A stretch of 64,000 bases of DNA from Tubiluchus corallicola (Eukaryota > Animalia > Priapulida): assembly GCA_030141605.1 (NCBI GenBank), contig JAQGDQ010000322.1:205623-269622 (forward strand), read 5' to 3'. Below, one piece after another: positions 62,098-64,000 of this stretch. Within the stretch, counting starts at the first letter, position 1; each line of letters starts with the position of its first letter. A program made the translations under genes and the position numbers. Under the pieces are notes generated by a model, which was given only the letters and a program-made list of their open reading frames with translations, was not told the DNA's origin and ran no database searches.

Positions 62098-62374
62098 GTG
62101 AGAGTTACTATTCTTACTTCCTAATAGGAGAATTCCAAGTATTACTAGTGGCGGCTCGTGTATAGGCACTGTGGAGCTGTGGTATTATCACTAATTTTCA
62201 GTATAATCGGTCTTTTTTAATTCTTTATCTATACTTGTACATACCTGTAAGTCCTTGTACGGAACCAGAGCACATGATGGAACAGTGCGCTTCACAGTTC
62301 CAGCAACATGGTGTTTGGCTGTTGTGTGCATGCGGCCATGCGCATGTGTCTGAGATCAGAAGCTGCACGCTAGT

Positions 62375-62780
<406 letters not shown>

Positions 62781-63428
62781 AAGCTCCACTGCACGATAGA
62801 GGTAGAGAGAGCACTGTCGCTCACGGAGAAAATTATTAATCTTTTCCTGTAAAGTAAAACAAAAAGAATGGATTTTGTTCCTAATTGAATGGATCAATTT
62901 AACCTCGAATTAACTTAATAAATTAATTAATTAGATTAATGTAACTTGAACTGTAACAATTTAGGATATTAGCAAGTAAGAAGTATTTTTTGTTTAGGAT
63001 TTTATCAAATTTATGTATAAATTTTCTCTTTATATGTTTGTTTCGTTTTACAAATTATCAAAACAATGCCTGAAAATTTTTTAATGCAGCGCCCCCACTA
63101 ATTTTAACTACGAGTCGGTACTAACTATTTTCTGTGCTATAAAAGCGTCTTCGGTTTCATTACGTTGCATAGTTTCATGCCACATGCCTCCCGGAACAAA
63201 GTGCCGACATTCTCTTTCAGAACTTTCTTGATCTTTTTTTCAATTGATAACCAATTATATGTTTAGTGGCAGGGAACGAAAGTCTCATGTCAATTTTAAA
63301 ATTTAATTGGCAGTCTAGGAATACGACACTGCACGAGAGACTAAGCCGAGTGAGCATGAAATAAATAAACTTGAAATAAATAAACTTCAATTCATCCTTG
63401 ATCACATGACTGAATTTTAAAGTTGGCA

Positions 63429-64000
63429 TATAACCCCTACGAAATGGAACACCCTGTATAACCCCTACGAAATGGAACGCCCTGTATAACCCCTATGAAA
63501 TGGAACACCCTGTATAACCCCTATGAAATGGAACACCCAGTATAACCCCTATGAAATGGAACACCCTGTATAACCCCTACGAAATGGAACGCCCTGTATA
63601 ACCCCTATGAAATGGAACACCCTGTATAACCCCTATGAAATGGAACACCCAGTATAACCCCTATGAAATGGAACACCCTGTATAACCCCTACGAAATGGA
63701 ACGCCCTGTATAACCCCTATGAAATGGAACACCCTGTATAACCCCTATGAAATGGAACACCCAGTATAACCCCTATGAAATGGAACACCCTGTATAACCC
63801 CTACGAAATGGAACGCCCTGTATAACCCCTATGAAATGGAACACCCTGTATAACCCCTATGAAATGGAACACCCAGTATAACCCCTATGAAATGGAACAC
63901 CCTGTATAACCCCTACGAAATGGAACGCCCTGTATAACCCCTATGAAATGGAACACCCTGTATAACCCCTATGAAATGGAACACCCAGTATAACCCCTAT
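63429..64000. repeat. 28-bp minisatellite with a 112-bp higher-order repeat, runs off the window
   Basis: Unit TATAACCCCTATGAAATGGAACACCCTG; variants cycle A-B-A-C (B has TAC/CGC, C ends CCCAG). Confidence 0.95.

Overview
AT-rich, intron-rich animal (bilaterian invertebrate-type) nuclear DNA; no prokaryotic features. Five protein-coding genes were reconstructed by eye: the 3' five exons of IMP3 (+), an intronless CIAO2B/FAM96B (-), a single-coding-exon CDC26 (-), a complete 11-coding-exon PRPF4 (+) and the first six exons of a stomatin/mec-2 gene (+), which has a probable second first exon. Introns are packed with minisatellites (17-89 bp units), microsatellites, MITE-like elements and LINE/Penelope remnants; almost all long ORFs in the ORF track are repeat artefacts. 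The main points of interest are: (1) an intact 5S-rRNA-headed SINE with a bipartite RTE body, a 9-bp TSD and empty-site paralogues in the same window; (2) CDC26 and CIAO2B in tight tandem, each behind its own splice acceptor, probably fed from a bidirectional promoter shared with PRPF4, i.e. a possible shared-leader or bicistronic unit, with the CDC26/PRPF4 head-to-head layout matching human 9q32; (3) a MITE bracketed by a ~220-bp direct duplication; (4) satellites apparently born from transposon ends. All coordinates and alignments were made by eye; no searches were run.
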